Assembly: GCA_965216565.1 (NCBI GenBank)
Contig: OZ244170.1
Span: forward strand, 352,001 to 416,000
DNA length: 64,000 bases
From: Bythopirellula sp.
GTDB lineage: Bacteria > Planctomycetota > Planctomycetia > Pirellulales > Lacipirellulaceae
Direction of reading: 5' to 3'
Under the pieces are notes generated by a model. It searched no databases. It was not told where the DNA came from and worked only from the letters and a program-made list of their open reading frames with translations. Below are positions 19,568 to 28,761 of this stretch, in pieces (position 1 is the stretch's first letter; each line of letters opens with the position of its first letter). A program made the position numbers and the translations under genes.

Positions 19568-20971
19568 ATGCCAACGCCTTTGTCTCCTACCAAGCTCTTG
19601 AATTGTGGTGGTTGTGGAGCCGTTTTGCCGTTAGGCAACGCCAAGGCTGGGCAGAAGTGCCGTTGCGGTCGGTGCGGGAAGGTGATGGTCGTTCCTGGGG
19701 GGAAGGGAAAACGATCCAAGCCGAAGAATCAGGCTCAGCCCCTGGGGTTCAACTGCCTGCTATGCAGCACACGTTTGACTGTAACAACAGCCGACGTCGG
19801 ACGAAAAGCCCGTTGCCCCGATTGTGGAAGGATCAATGTGGTCCCTCAACCTCCGCAGCCAAAGCCCAAACAAACTCCTGCCGCGATGCATGGAGAGCAA
19901 TACGAGATGTGGGATGCCGGAGAAGCACCTGACAATGCTGAATTACTCGCCAAGCAACCAAAGTTCTTTCCCGTTTACTGCCAGGTGTGCAATACGTTGA
20001 TGCATGCTCAGCCAAATCAAGTGGGCTCGCAACTGACGTGCCCAGACTGCGGCGGAAGCACTCGAGTTCGCCAGCCACCGGTTGAGAAAGAAAAGGGATC
20101 GGCGCTGGTGCAGGACGGTGAGGAGTATCAGCTCGACGAGTCTGAGCAACTTCCCGAACGACCCGACTATGTGCCGTACCAAATTCGGCAGATGGAAGAG
20201 CGAAATGAGTACGAGGCCAAGCTCGAAGAACGTCCCTACGAAGACAATGCCTTGCCTCCGAACCCATTAATCGAGGGTGTTTGGTCAATGCTGGGACGCA
20301 CGCCTTTGCCTGCCTCGATCTTTGCGTTTTCGTTTGCATTGCTCCTGGAGGCTTGGTTTCTATCCAATGCCATGGCAAATGTCGACGGCATGGCGTTGAT
20401 GATCGTACTAGTTGCCTACGGCACAACGGCGGTGTTCGGATTCTTGATTTTGCTGGGTGTCTCGGCGATGTGGCTGGCGGTACTGAAAGAAAGTTCCGAG
20501 GGTAACAACAAGCTCTATGATCCGCCCGGGATGATGTTTCTCGATTGGGTAGGCGAGAGTTTCTATGTGGTGTTTGCTACGGCAATCGCCATTGCACCGG
20601 GGATGCTCGTCTGGCGGTTCGTGCCGAACCTACCCGAATGGGCCGGTCCCGCGGCGGCCCTTGTAAGTTGGATGGCGTTGTTTCCGATATTTCTACTCTC
20701 TCAACTACAGAACGGGACGCCACTGGAGTTCTTCTCGCCGCGGTTGGGGAGTTCGATTGGGAAATGCCCCGGCCCCTGGCTGCTGTTCTACGCGGAGTCG
20801 GTCTTGGTGGTCGGCGGTTGCGTCGGTGCGGTGATCGGTTTGCAAATGACGTCTCCCTGGTTAGTCGTCGTTTCTGTGTTGCTTGTCTCTTTGGCCAGCT
20901 TTCTCTATTTCCGGCTCCTGGGCCGACTAGCTTGGTGGCTGGCGGAACGCACGCCCGCTGAGGATGAGTGA
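19568..20971 (+). CDS. Hypothetical membrane protein with three zinc-ribbon modules and a C-terminal multi-pass domain
   Basis: CGGC..CGRC, CLLC..CPDC and CQVC..CPDC followed by about six hydrophobic segments; start uncertain (19526 or 19568). Confidence 0.8.
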   Translation: MPTPLSPTKLLNCGGCGAVLPLGNAKAGQKCRCGRCGKVMVVPGGKGKRSKPKNQAQPLGFNCLLCSTRLTVTTADVGRKARCPDCGRINVVPQPPQPKPKQTPAAMHGEQYEMWDAGEAPDNAELLAKQPKFFPVYCQVCNTLMHAQPNQVGSQLTCPDCGGSTRVRQPPVEKEKGSALVQDGEEYQLDESEQLPERPDYVPYQIRQMEERNEYEAKLEERPYEDNALPPNPLIEGVWSMLGRTPLPASIFAFSFALLLEAWFLSNAMANVDGMALMIVLVAYGTTAVFGFLILLGVSAMWLAVLKESSEGNNKLYDPPGMMFLDWVGESFYVVFATAIAIAPGMLVWRFVPNLPEWAGPAAALVSWMALFPIFLLSQLQNGTPLEFFSPRLGSSIGKCPGPWLLFYAESVLVVGGCVGAVIGLQMTSPWLVVVSVLLVSLASFLYFRLLGRLAWWLAERTPAEDE

Positions 20972-21007
20972 GATCTCCAGCGGCAAGGTGCTAGCGGTCT
21001 ATTGGCC

Positions 21008-21036
21008 TAGCCGGAGGCACACCTGCCTCCGGCTAC
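21008..21036. repeat. GTAG-type REP-like perfect hairpin
   Basis: TAGCCGGAGGCA-CACC-TGCCTCCGGCTA; the minus strand begins GTAG. Confidence 0.6.
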
Positions 21037-21059
21037 TGAGCGTGCTGCCAGCATGGGGA

Positions 21060-21156
21060 GAATTCAGGAAGAATCACTTCCGTTTTTTCTTATCTCCTCA
21101 CCTAGCCTCTCCCCAAAGGGGCGAGGGACCGAGGAGAAGTGATTCCTCCTGAATTC
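21060..21156. repeat. Composite REP-like element, copy 2
   Basis: 21-bp inverted repeat with one mismatch (GAATTCAGGAAGAATCACTTC / GAAGTGATTCCTCCTGAATTC) enclosing CCTCACCTAGCCTCTCCCCAAAGGGGCGAGGGA. Confidence 0.8.
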
Positions 21157-21251
21157 GTTCGCAACCCGAAATGCACTAGGAACTCTGAGTAGATTTCGCT
21201 AAAAGAGCCGCCGTAACTTATGCCCGAAGCGCATCCATCGGAGGCCTCGAC

Positions 21252-21587
21252 GTGTTCTTACGATTCAATTCCAAAGGAGCCAGGCGTGCCGACGACGGGA
21301 AGTTTCATCGCCGTGCAAAATTTGGGGCCGAGGCAAGCCCCGGCGGTAAGCATCGCGAATGGACCTACAATCTAATCAGCCATCAGATCGGCACGAGCGT
21401 CAGTCGCACGATCTATCACGCCGAGATAAGAGACCCCCACAACAATCAACTCGCATTCCTGCGGGATTTTTCTAGCTTGGATCAGGCTGCCAAAGCGGCC
21501 CGGGCGTGGATCGATGAGCGGCTCAATCTGGTCGCTAAGCTGCGTGCTGCAGGTTCAGTAGGCCAAGTTCCGCCGCCACCTTCTTAG
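21252..21587 (+). CDS. Hypothetical protein
   Basis: 111-aa ORF with GGAGG ahead of a GTG start; fills the gap before purQ. Confidence 0.65.
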   Translation: MFLRFNSKGARRADDGKFHRRAKFGAEASPGGKHREWTYNLISHQIGTSVSRTIYHAEIRDPHNNQLAFLRDFSSLDQAAKAARAWIDERLNLVAKLRAAGSVGQVPPPPS

Positions 21588-21602
21588 CCGTAGTAGCCGG
21601 CA

Positions 21603-22367
21603 TCAGGTAAAGTAACTCACCGCGTTGCGGAACATTTGCAGCCCGTCGGGCTCAGGCATTTCTTGCTGCCGAGTCCACTGCGGATGGTGCGTGGGATCGA
21701 TGTAACGCTCAGGATGGGGCATCAGCCCCAACACATGGCCGGAGCTATCGCACATGCCTGCCACATCTGCGGCAGAGCCGTTGGGATTGTGAGGCTCACT
21801 CGAATTTGCGCCTGGAGCATATTGGAGCACCAGTTGCTTGTTTGATTGGAATCGATCGAGAACTGCGTCGTCGCGAAACACAATCCGCCCCTCAGCATGG
21901 GCGATCGGAAGGAACATCGATTCGATGCCTTGCAGAAAGGGGCACTTCGAACTCTGCACTTGCAAGTGAACCCAGCGATCGATGTAACAGCCCGACTCGT
22001 TCCAGCACAGCGAAACGGCGGGACCTGTTTCGTCATCGGAGTCCAAAAGGCCAGACTTCATCAGCACCTGAAACCCATTGCAGATTCCTAGGATCAGCTT
22101 GCCCGCAGCGCGGAACTCTTGGAGCACCTCTGCCAGATGGTGACGGATTTGATTGCCGAATACCCGCCCAGCTGAGATATCGTCGCCGTAGCTGAAACCA
22201 CCAGGAATGCACAGAACTTGGAATTCGGCGGCTTGCTGCGGATTCTCAAGCAGACTGTTCAAGTGCAAGACTTCCGACTGCCCGCCTACTTTTTGGAAGG
22301 CAAAAGCCGTTTCAGCATCGCAATTGGTACCGGGCGCTCGGAGGATGAGAATACGGGGCTGGGCCAT
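21603..22367 (-). CDS. purQ: Phosphoribosylformylglycinamidine synthase glutaminase subunit
   Basis: APGTNC, PGGFSYGD, LGICNGFQ, PIAHAEG, NPNGS, GLMPHPER. Confidence 0.96.
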   Translation of the reverse strand: MAQPRILILRAPGTNCDAETAFAFQKVGGQSEVLHLNSLLENPQQAAEFQVLCIPGGFSYGDDISAGRVFGNQIRHHLAEVLQEFRAAGKLILGICNGFQVLMKSGLLDSDDETGPAVSLCWNESGCYIDRWVHLQVQSSKCPFLQGIESMFLPIAHAEGRIVFRDDAVLDRFQSNKQLVLQYAPGANSSEPHNPNGSAADVAGMCDSSGHVLGLMPHPERYIDPTHHPQWTRQQEMPEPDGLQMFRNAVSYFT

Positions 22368-22417
22368 AGTGAATTTGGTCTTTGAGGCTTATTGGGTATT
22401 TTTGCCGAGGAGGGGGG

Positions 22418-25339
22418 TTACCAATCGAGAGGCTTTTGCCAGTGCTCTTTTAACTCGCGAAGCTCGCGTTCTACCAACGGCTTTTCATCGGATTGATTTC
22501 GAATAACCAGTTTGGAACTGCCAGTAGTTTGACCGATGCGATGGCAAGTGAGGTTGGCGAACTTCTCGGCAAATGATTCGCAATGTTCAGGAGGAACTTC
22601 GCAGAGAAACCTTGTATTGGATTCGCTGAACAATTTAGCGGTTACGGAGACCGATTCCATAACCGAAAGTTCCAGCTCGGCTCCGACATCCCCGGCGAAG
22701 GCCATTTCGGCGGCTGCGACGGCAAGCCCCCCCTCGCTAAGGTCATGGCAAGCACGGACCAGCCCACCAGAGATGGCTGCATGCATTGCCGCAAAGATTT
22801 GTTTGGCGGTTTGTCCGTCGACGGTAGGAACTTGCCCTCCCTGCAGATTATTGACGAGAGCAAAGTGTGACCCGCCAAGCTCGTCCTTGGTTTCCCCAAT
22901 GAGGAATAGGACGTTACCTGGCGATTTAAGATCCATTGTCACACAGCGACTTACGTCTTCAACCTGGCCCATCGCACTAATCAGCAACGTGGCGGGGATG
23001 GCTATGGTTTGCTTTTGATCAGCCGAGTCGACATAGGTGAATTCGTTATTGAGGCTGTCTTTGCCACTGATGAACGGTGTTTCGAGCGTCAGCGAAAGAT
23101 CGTGGCAAGCCAGGGCAGCCCGTACCAGCGATCCTAGAGTCTCGCTTTTCTCGCAGTCTCCCCAGCAGAAGTTGTCCAGGATCGCAATTCTCGCAGGGTC
23201 TCCGCCAACCGCCACACAGTTGCGGACCGCCTCATCGATGGCACTGGTAGCCATGTGGTACGTGTCGATGTCGCCGTAGTGCGGGTTCATGCCGCAAGAA
23301 ATCACAACTCCCCGCCGCGAATCGAGCACAGGACGAATGACCGCCGCATCGCCTGGACCATCCATCAGAGCTCCCACCAGAGGCTTGATGACGCTTCCCC
23401 CCTGTACCTCGTGATCGTATTGCCGAACTATCCAATGCTTGCTCGCGACGTTGTAGGATCCAAGAATGCGGTTTAGATCGTCGCTATAATCGGAACGCTT
23501 TGGTTCTGGCTGAGTTGTATTGGGTTGGGGTTCGTAAATTGCCTCGCGGATCACCGGGGGTCGACCGTTGTGGAGCAAATCCATGGAGAGGTCCGCCACC
23601 GTCTCGCCATCGTACTTGAGCACAAGCCTGCCAGTGGGCTCGAATTTACCGATGACTGTGGCCTCTACACTTTCTTGTTGGCAAAGGGCAAAGACTTCCT
23701 CCCACGAATCGCTCGGAACACTTAGCACCATGCGCTCTTGGGCTTCGGATATCCAGATTTCCGTGTAAGTGAGTCCCTCGTACTTCACTGGAGCCCGTTC
23801 GAGCCAGACTTCCGCTCCGATCTTCTCACCCATTTCGCCGACGGCGCTGCTGAATCCGCCTGCTCCGCAATCGGTAATCGCTGTGTATAGTCCGCGATCG
23901 CGTATCTTAAGCAGAACGTCCAGGACCTTCTTCTCTTCGATGGCGTTGCCGATTTGAACGGCACCGCCAGAAAGCGATTCGCTCTCACTGGTAAGTTCCG
24001 CACTAGAGAATGTCGCCCCGTGGATTCCATCGCGACCGGTGCGGCCTCCCACGCTCACAATCAGATCGCCCGGTTGTGGCTCTTTGAAAGATTTGTCATG
24101 GGGAATCAGACCGACATTGCCGGCATAAACTAATGGATTCCCCAAGTAACGAGGATCGAAGTAGACCGCACCATTGACGGTAGGAATGCCCATGCGATTG
24201 CCATAATCGCGGACGCCGCTGACAACACCTCGCATCACTTGCTTGGGGGGCAGCACACCCTGAGGCAAGTTTTCGCTGGGTGTATCGGGTGGGGCAAAGC
24301 AAAACACGTCGGTGTTGCAAATCGGTTTGGCACCCATTCCGGTGCCAATAGTGTCGCGGATCACTCCACCGATGCCGGTGTTGGCACCGCCATAGGGTTC
24401 GAGGGCAGAGGGGTGATTGTGCGTTTCGACTTTGAACGCGAGGTTTTGGGTTTCGTCAAAACGAACGATGCCTGCGTTGTCTTGAAACACGCTCACGCAC
24501 CAATCGTCTGCTCCCCACCTCTTACGCAGCTCAACTGTGGCGGCGAAGATTGTCTCTTTCAGCATGTTTTCGAATTGGCGCTCGCCTTGCTCGTCGCGAT
24601 AGGCAATCCGACCGGCAAGAGTCTTGTGGCTGCAATGTTCGCTCCAAGTTTGTGCCAGTGTTTCCAATTCGATATCGGTAGGTTCGCGGCCAAGGTCGGC
24701 AAAGTACTGCTGGATTGTCTGCATTTCAGCCAATTGCAAATAAAGCTGGCCCTCGCGGCTCAGCTGCATCAGCCCTTTGTCATCGAGCCCTGCGATCGGC
24801 GTGTGACGCAAGTCGAACTGATATTCGCTACCAAGCTGCAAGCGATCGAAGGGCAGGGGGCCCAGGGCAATCTGCTCGATTGCATCATTAGCCAAGATGC
24901 GGCTGCAAACGGCTCGCAATTTTTTTTCGTCTGTAGTACCGATCCAATACTTACGCAGTGTTCGCACGGCATCCACTTCGAATCCGAAGTCTCGAACGGC
25001 GGCTTCGGCACTTTGGGCAACGGGGTCCATGACACCCGGTTTTAATAGGACATGCACTAATGCCCCGGCCGATCCGTTGGATGCAAACGGGGGAGAGTCC
25101 AATTTGGAGTCGCCCACCGGAGCGGTGACGGCCTGCTCCGCCAAGGTATCGGTAAAGAGTTCACTGGCGAGCCTCTCAAATTGCGGTGAGTCGAGGCTAG
25201 CTCCTTGCACAAGAAAGCCTCGCGCCGAGGCAACTTTCAAATCGTTGTCGATCCCCAAATCACGGGCATCAGCTGCTACCTGCAAGGCTTCGCGATCGGG
25301 CAGTCCGTTGCGGGGGTGAAGATCAATTTCCCAAAGCAT
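22418..25339 (-). CDS. purL: Phosphoribosylformylglycinamidine synthase PurL with N-terminal PurS-like region
   Basis: QTWSEHCSHK, KVETHNHPS, GRDGIHGATF, DCGAGG, SEAQERM, QYDHEVQ, ISGKDSL, HDLSEGG. Confidence 0.96.
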   Translation of the reverse strand: MLWEIDLHPRNGLPDREALQVAADARDLGIDNDLKVASARGFLVQGASLDSPQFERLASELFTDTLAEQAVTAPVGDSKLDSPPFASNGSAGALVHVLLKPGVMDPVAQSAEAAVRDFGFEVDAVRTLRKYWIGTTDEKKLRAVCSRILANDAIEQIALGPLPFDRLQLGSEYQFDLRHTPIAGLDDKGLMQLSREGQLYLQLAEMQTIQQYFADLGREPTDIELETLAQTWSEHCSHKTLAGRIAYRDEQGERQFENMLKETIFAATVELRKRWGADDWCVSVFQDNAGIVRFDETQNLAFKVETHNHPSALEPYGGANTGIGGVIRDTIGTGMGAKPICNTDVFCFAPPDTPSENLPQGVLPPKQVMRGVVSGVRDYGNRMGIPTVNGAVYFDPRYLGNPLVYAGNVGLIPHDKSFKEPQPGDLIVSVGGRTGRDGIHGATFSSAELTSESESLSGGAVQIGNAIEEKKVLDVLLKIRDRGLYTAITDCGAGGFSSAVGEMGEKIGAEVWLERAPVKYEGLTYTEIWISEAQERMVLSVPSDSWEEVFALCQQESVEATVIGKFEPTGRLVLKYDGETVADLSMDLLHNGRPPVIREAIYEPQPNTTQPEPKRSDYSDDLNRILGSYNVASKHWIVRQYDHEVQGGSVIKPLVGALMDGPGDAAVIRPVLDSRRGVVISCGMNPHYGDIDTYHMATSAIDEAVRNCVAVGGDPARIAILDNFCWGDCEKSETLGSLVRAALACHDLSLTLETPFISGKDSLNNEFTYVDSADQKQTIAIPATLLISAMGQVEDVSRCVTMDLKSPGNVLFLIGETKDELGGSHFALVNNLQGGQVPTVDGQTAKQIFAAMHAAISGGLVRACHDLSEGGLAVAAAEMAFAGDVGAELELSVMESVSVTAKLFSESNTRFLCEVPPEHCESFAEKFANLTCHRIGQTTGSSKLVIRNQSDEKPLVERELRELKEHWQKPLDW

Positions 25340-26171
25340 CTCGAATCCGTTTCGCGTTGTGGAGTGTCGCTTGCAATTTATCCCAATCCTCTTCCTCTAA
25401 ATTTGAGGTGAGCTTTTCCAGTTCGGCGGTTACCTGGCGGATGGCCTCGAGAACGGCGGACTTATTTTGGGCGAAAATCTGAGTCCATAATTCGGGGTCA
25501 GCGGCTGCTACCCGCGTCGTATCTTGCCAACCACCGGCAGTCAGGGGCAGCCACTCTTGGGGGGTAATGCTTGCCAAAGCCGAAGCCACCATATGAGGCA
25601 GATGGCTGGTTGTTGCCAGCGCTCGGTCGTGCTCTGCAGCTTTCATGTTGACGACCCGCGCCCCCAAATTTTGCCAGAAGGATTCCACTTTGGCGATGGC
25701 CTCTGGCGACGAACTCTCGAGGGGAGTCGTCACAACCGTCCGATCCTCAAAAAGATTCGCCAGGGCGAACTCTGGGCCCGTCCGATGGTCTCCCGCTAGG
25801 GGGTGGCTCCCGACGAACCGTGCAGAAGCGGAGTCGAGACTGTTGGAGAGGACACTAGATATTTCTGCCTTGGTGCTGCCCGCATCAGTCACAACAGCGG
25901 ATTGGGGGGCTGCGGCAAGGGCCCTGCGAGCAAATTCTGCAATCGTCGAGACCGGCGAAGCGATGACCACCACCTCGGCAGATTCAACGCCCGCTTCAAG
26001 ATCAATCGAATCCATATCAATGGCGCCAACAGCTAGCGCCTTGTCCAAGCTTTCCTGTCGTCGACCTATGCCGACAACCTGTCGCGCCAGTCCGCGCTCT
26101 TTTAAGGCTAGGCCGATCGAACCTCCGATCAACCCCACTCCAACTATCGCAACTTGCTCGTAGTGACTCAT
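25323..26171 (-). CDS. tyrA: Prephenate/arogenate dehydrogenase
   Basis: GVGLIGGS, TDAGSTK, FVGSHPLAG, EHD...SHLPH, DTTRVA. Confidence 0.93.
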   Translation of the reverse strand: MSHYEQVAIVGVGLIGGSIGLALKERGLARQVVGIGRRQESLDKALAVGAIDMDSIDLEAGVESAEVVVIASPVSTIAEFARRALAAAPQSAVVTDAGSTKAEISSVLSNSLDSASARFVGSHPLAGDHRTGPEFALANLFEDRTVVTTPLESSSPEAIAKVESFWQNLGARVVNMKAAEHDRALATTSHLPHMVASALASITPQEWLPLTAGGWQDTTRVAAADPELWTQIFAQNKSAVLEAIRQVTAELEKLTSNLEEEDWDKLQATLHNAKRIRDALGN

Positions 26172-26558
26172 TGGGATGGGGCTCTAGATGGGGAGAAAGT
26201 GCGAGGATGGCCGGTTTCGAACCCGCATTCTAGCAAACGTGCTGCAAAAATCAGGGCCCTAGATCGATAGGGTGTGGATCGGGAATTTGGGCCTCGCAGA
26301 TGCAAAATCGCTATAGCCGTCAAACTGCGCCGAGGTCGCGCAGCTTTGTCGAACGGAAATGGCCTTTCCAGATATCGGTCAAAAGAGTGAAAATGGGTAT
26401 CTCGGCGATTGATCGATGAACAAACTACGCTCTATTGCAGTAGAATACCGCATACCACTTGCAGTTGTGTGCTAGATTGAAATCGAAGGCACACCGTGTT
26501 TTCAAAAAGCGAAGGGATTTGCGCAAACATGCCATTTTGTGATCGAGAGCTAACTCCC

Positions 26559-27650
26559 ATGTTGCGCTTTACAGGATTCCTACTATTCTTTCTCAGCCTT
26601 GTGGCTTCTCCGGCAGCGGCTCAAGAGTGGGCCGAGCGAATGTTTAACAAAGTCGAACACGACTTTGGCACTGTGGCCCGTGGTGCAAACACCGTCTACA
26701 AGTTCGAAGTCACGAACATCTACAAACAGACGATGAAAATCACGGGAGTCACTTCCAGTTGTGGCTGCACGACTCCGACCATTGAGAATGCCACTATCGG
26801 TACGCACAAGAAGGCGTTTATCGTTGCCAAATTCAATACTCGTACTTTTGTCGGACGTCACGGGGCGACGCTGACGGTATCATTTGCACCGCCGTTCTCG
26901 GCTAAAGTTCAAGTTCGCGTTCACGGCAACATTCGCAGCGACGTTGTGTTTTCGCCTGGCTCAGTGAACTTTGGAACCGTTGATGAGGGGGTAGCGAAAG
27001 AGCAGAAAGTGCAGGTCACCTATGCGGGCCGCAGTAACTGGAGCATCACCGATGTCACGAACGATAATGACCATTTTGAAGTGGAACTGAACGAGCTGAC
27101 TCGGCAGTCCGGAAAAGTAACTTACGATTTGCTAGTGCGGCTCAAGGACAATATTCCTGCTGGTTACATCAAAGACGAACTCACGGTAGTGACGAACGAT
27201 CAAAGAGCCGAAAGTCAGCGGATCCCACTCTATGTCGAAGGACACATCATTCCAGAGATCTCCGTCACGCCTGAGACCTTGGTTCTTGGAGATGTGCTGA
27301 CGGGTGAGACCGTCACTCGCAAAATTGTAGTGCGTGGGAAAAAGCCGTTCCGCATCCTCGATGTTTCTTGTGAGGACGATTGCTTTACCTTCAAGTCATC
27401 TGGGGAACAAAAGCAGATCCACTTGGTCGAACTCATTTATCTGCCGAAAGATTACTCGGGTGCGATCAAAGCACCGGTTACGATCACCACGGATGTGAGC
27501 AATCGCCCAGCGACTATCAACGTCTCTGCTAGCGTTACTGACATCCAGGCAGAGGCGTCTGGTGAGCCAGTCGAAGCAGCGAAGGAGAAGGACGATCAGT
27601 CGCGAGATACAGAGTCAGCAGACCAAGTAGTCGAATCTGCTAGCAGCTAA
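26559..27650 (+). CDS. DUF1573 domain exported protein (Ig-like repeats)
   Basis: Signal peptide ending AAA-Q; HDFG...F.VTN...SSCGCT motif of DUF1573. Confidence 0.85.
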   Translation: MLRFTGFLLFFLSLVASPAAAQEWAERMFNKVEHDFGTVARGANTVYKFEVTNIYKQTMKITGVTSSCGCTTPTIENATIGTHKKAFIVAKFNTRTFVGRHGATLTVSFAPPFSAKVQVRVHGNIRSDVVFSPGSVNFGTVDEGVAKEQKVQVTYAGRSNWSITDVTNDNDHFEVELNELTRQSGKVTYDLLVRLKDNIPAGYIKDELTVVTNDQRAESQRIPLYVEGHIIPEISVTPETLVLGDVLTGETVTRKIVVRGKKPFRILDVSCEDDCFTFKSSGEQKQIHLVELIYLPKDYSGAIKAPVTITTDVSNRPATINVSASVTDIQAEASGEPVEAAKEKDDQSRDTESADQVVESASS

Positions 27651-27800
27651 GACTCAGTGCATGCTTGAGGGTTGGCCTCTCTGTTGACAACATTCAGGGC
27701 TTTTTGCATACTTCCCGCCCAATTTCCGATCTGCAGCACCTCATTGTGAGCTGCTGGTCGACACTCTTCTACCAACTCCTTTTGCTGCGAAACCAACGGC

Positions 27801-28712
27801 ATGGTCAGAGACCTACGTCTACCGTTCGGCCAAATCTGCGTTGCGCAGACGGTCCGCGTGTTCGCGTTGCTGCTTTGCTTTATTAGCGTTTCCCGAGTTC
27901 AGAGCGAACAGCTAGACTTCGCGAGCGAAGCCGACGCCGCCTTTGCCGAACTCCATTTGGGACAGGGTGATTGTGAGGCGTGCGGGCCCGATGCAGCGGA
28001 CTTTGGCGAGTGGGAAACGATCGTCGAAAGATCACCATCGCACATGCATGTGCCTCAAGAGGAATTGCTCCCCTTCGATTGGTTTCGCCATTTTGGGTTT
28101 CGACATTCTTCCTCTCATGGACGCAACGTTGGCAAAGGCTTGCCGTTGGACAAAACGAGCTGGCTCAATCGACCTATCCACGCGGATTGGTTTATTGGCC
28201 CCTTGTTGGGGGACGACCTGATCACGGATCGTGTGACCCAAACCAATGTGTTGCTGGGAGGGTTCAGATTGGGATTCGATTTCGATCACTATTGGGGAGC
28301 GGAGTGGCGCTTCGGATGGGCCAACCCCAATGCCGACTTTGCGTCGCCCCTAGCCGAGGCCAACGATGTTAGCTACGTGGTGAGCGACGTCGATCTGATG
28401 TACTACCCCTGGGGCGACTCCAAGGTGCGTCCCTACGGGCTTATTGGTTTTGGCGTTACGCAGCTCGATTTCCAAGACGATGTCGGGCTTAACCTGCATA
28501 CAACATTAGCCACCTTGCCTTTCGGCGCGGGAATAAAATTTCAGCACAATCCGTGGATGGCTTGGCGGCTGGAAGCGCTCAACAACCTCGCCTTTGGCGA
28601 CGATCGCGTCTCGACGATGAACAACATTTCTTTGACGGCCGGAGTGGAAATGCGTTTTGGCGCGAAGCCTGCTACTTACTGGCCCTGGCGAACGAGCCGT
28701 AGGGTTTGGTAG
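27801..28712 (+). CDS. Outer-membrane beta-barrel protein (OmpA-like transmembrane fold)
   Basis: Amphipathic strands GGFRLGFDFDHYWGAEWRFG, RPYGLIGFG, PFGAGIK, TAGVEMRF; start uncertain. Confidence 0.75.
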   Translation: MVRDLRLPFGQICVAQTVRVFALLLCFISVSRVQSEQLDFASEADAAFAELHLGQGDCEACGPDAADFGEWETIVERSPSHMHVPQEELLPFDWFRHFGFRHSSSHGRNVGKGLPLDKTSWLNRPIHADWFIGPLLGDDLITDRVTQTNVLLGGFRLGFDFDHYWGAEWRFGWANPNADFASPLAEANDVSYVVSDVDLMYYPWGDSKVRPYGLIGFGVTQLDFQDDVGLNLHTTLATLPFGAGIKFQHNPWMAWRLEALNNLAFGDDRVSTMNNISLTAGVEMRFGAKPATYWPWRTSRRVW

Positions 28713-28761
28713 CATAGGCTGAGTATTCGCCTCTCCCAACCAAAGCGCTCGGATTACTCTC

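Noticed and set aside
24239..25045. 268-aa plus-strand ORF
   Set aside because: Antisense shadow of purL
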